Assembly: GCA_951406725.2 (NCBI GenBank)
Contig: OX597821.1
Location: 49,476,001 to 49,540,000 of the forward strand
Source: Octopus vulgaris
Lineage: Eukaryota
Direction of reading: 5' to 3'
Length of the DNA: 64,000 nucleotides
Below the pieces are notes generated by a model, which was given only the letters and a program-made list of their open reading frames with translations, was not told the origin of the DNA and did not search any database. Within the stretch, counting starts at the first letter, position 1. Each line of letters starts with the position of its first letter. Shown here one piece after another: positions 63,048-64,000 of the stretch. The translations under genes were made by a program, and so were the position numbers.

Positions 63048-64000
63048 CAGTGGTTCTCAAACTTTTCAAAAAATTTTACAAGCCAGTTCCTTTACAGTTT
63101 GTCAATGATTCACAGTCTCCTATAAAATGCAGGATAATTAACTTGGAAAAAATGACACATTCTTGTACCATAATTTCTGGACTATGAACTGCACTGCCCA
63201 TAGACCCACAACCCTGAAAACTACAACTTGATCCACGTAACACTCCACAGGGATACAATAAATATGCATGAAAATATGGGGAATCAGTTGATCAATTGGT
63301 TACAAAACAAATTAGAAATGAAAACAGTCCAAAAATATCTCAAGCATCCTGTATTAACAATTGTGTAAGACACATTTATGCCCATTTAGCAACCAGAAAC
63401 CATGTGTCATACACCAGAAACTACAGTAGATATATGTACATAACAATGGTTCTTGAGCCTTTGGTATCACCTTCCACATTCTCCATATTTTGGGATGCTA
63501 TTCCTCCCCACTGGCAGATCATTCCTCATATTCATTATCCGAGAGGTGCATTTCAATCAATTTAGCTATTTTCAGGAGAAGAATTGCAATAGCATCCAAA
63601 AATTGTACAGAAGTTTCTACCAATTGGACCACAATTTTAGTAGAACTGTCTTCTGCTCCTTCCCTGAATGTTTGCCATTCCTTTTCCTGAATCCCTGATA
63701 CATAACATGATAACAAAAAAAATTATATAATAAATTATTTATTTACAAATGCAGATCATCCTTTATTTTATTCAGAGCAACGTTCAGTGTGATGGATGCC
63801 CCTGCTTTGCAGTAACCAACTCTTTTATGTTTGGCTGTTTTGGAGAGGGCAACCCTCATTTCTAGTATGACATCCCGTCAATTTTGTTAATTCATTTTGA
63901 TGGCAAGGCGAGTGGAAAATGTGGTCTCACACTCAGAGGTGGTTGGAAATGGCATCAATACTCTAAGAGCTATCTTTGCAACATTAGGATATGACTGTGC
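63048..64000. mobile_element. Probable decayed hAT (Charlie-like) element
   Basis: Terminal cagtggttctcaaactttt only; internal coding not resolved. Confidence 0.35.

Overview
AT-rich, repeat-dense animal genomic DNA. The SINE, RTE and microsatellite repertoire suggests an octopus or other coleoid cephalopod (inference). Two host genes are visible. The first is the last four coding exons of nicalin (NCLN) on + (3350-3513, 7213-7266, 9907-9985, 13365-13433), which the ORF track misses. The second is a 128-aa single-coding-exon gene on - (38775-39161). The rest is mostly decayed transposons: CR1, RTE and Dong/R4 LINEs, several Penelope-like elements (PLEs), Gypsy, mariner/maT, hAT, non-autonomous Helitrons, MITEs, tRNA-SINEs and (TA)n tracts. 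Many PLE-type ends carry minimal type I hammerhead ribozyme motifs, often in inverted repeats (cluster at 36.7-38.3 kb). The most notable signal is a motif present three times (9014-9087 +, 9374-9446 -, 21294-21362 -). It has the hammerhead core elements (NUH, GAAA, CUGANGA; the third copy has lost most of CUGANGA) in a strand order that is not type I, II or III. The copies share identical core spacing and compensatory stem changes, and two of them carry a canonical kink-turn. This is a candidate non-circularly permuted hammerhead. All alignments and foldings were done by eye, and no activity has been shown.
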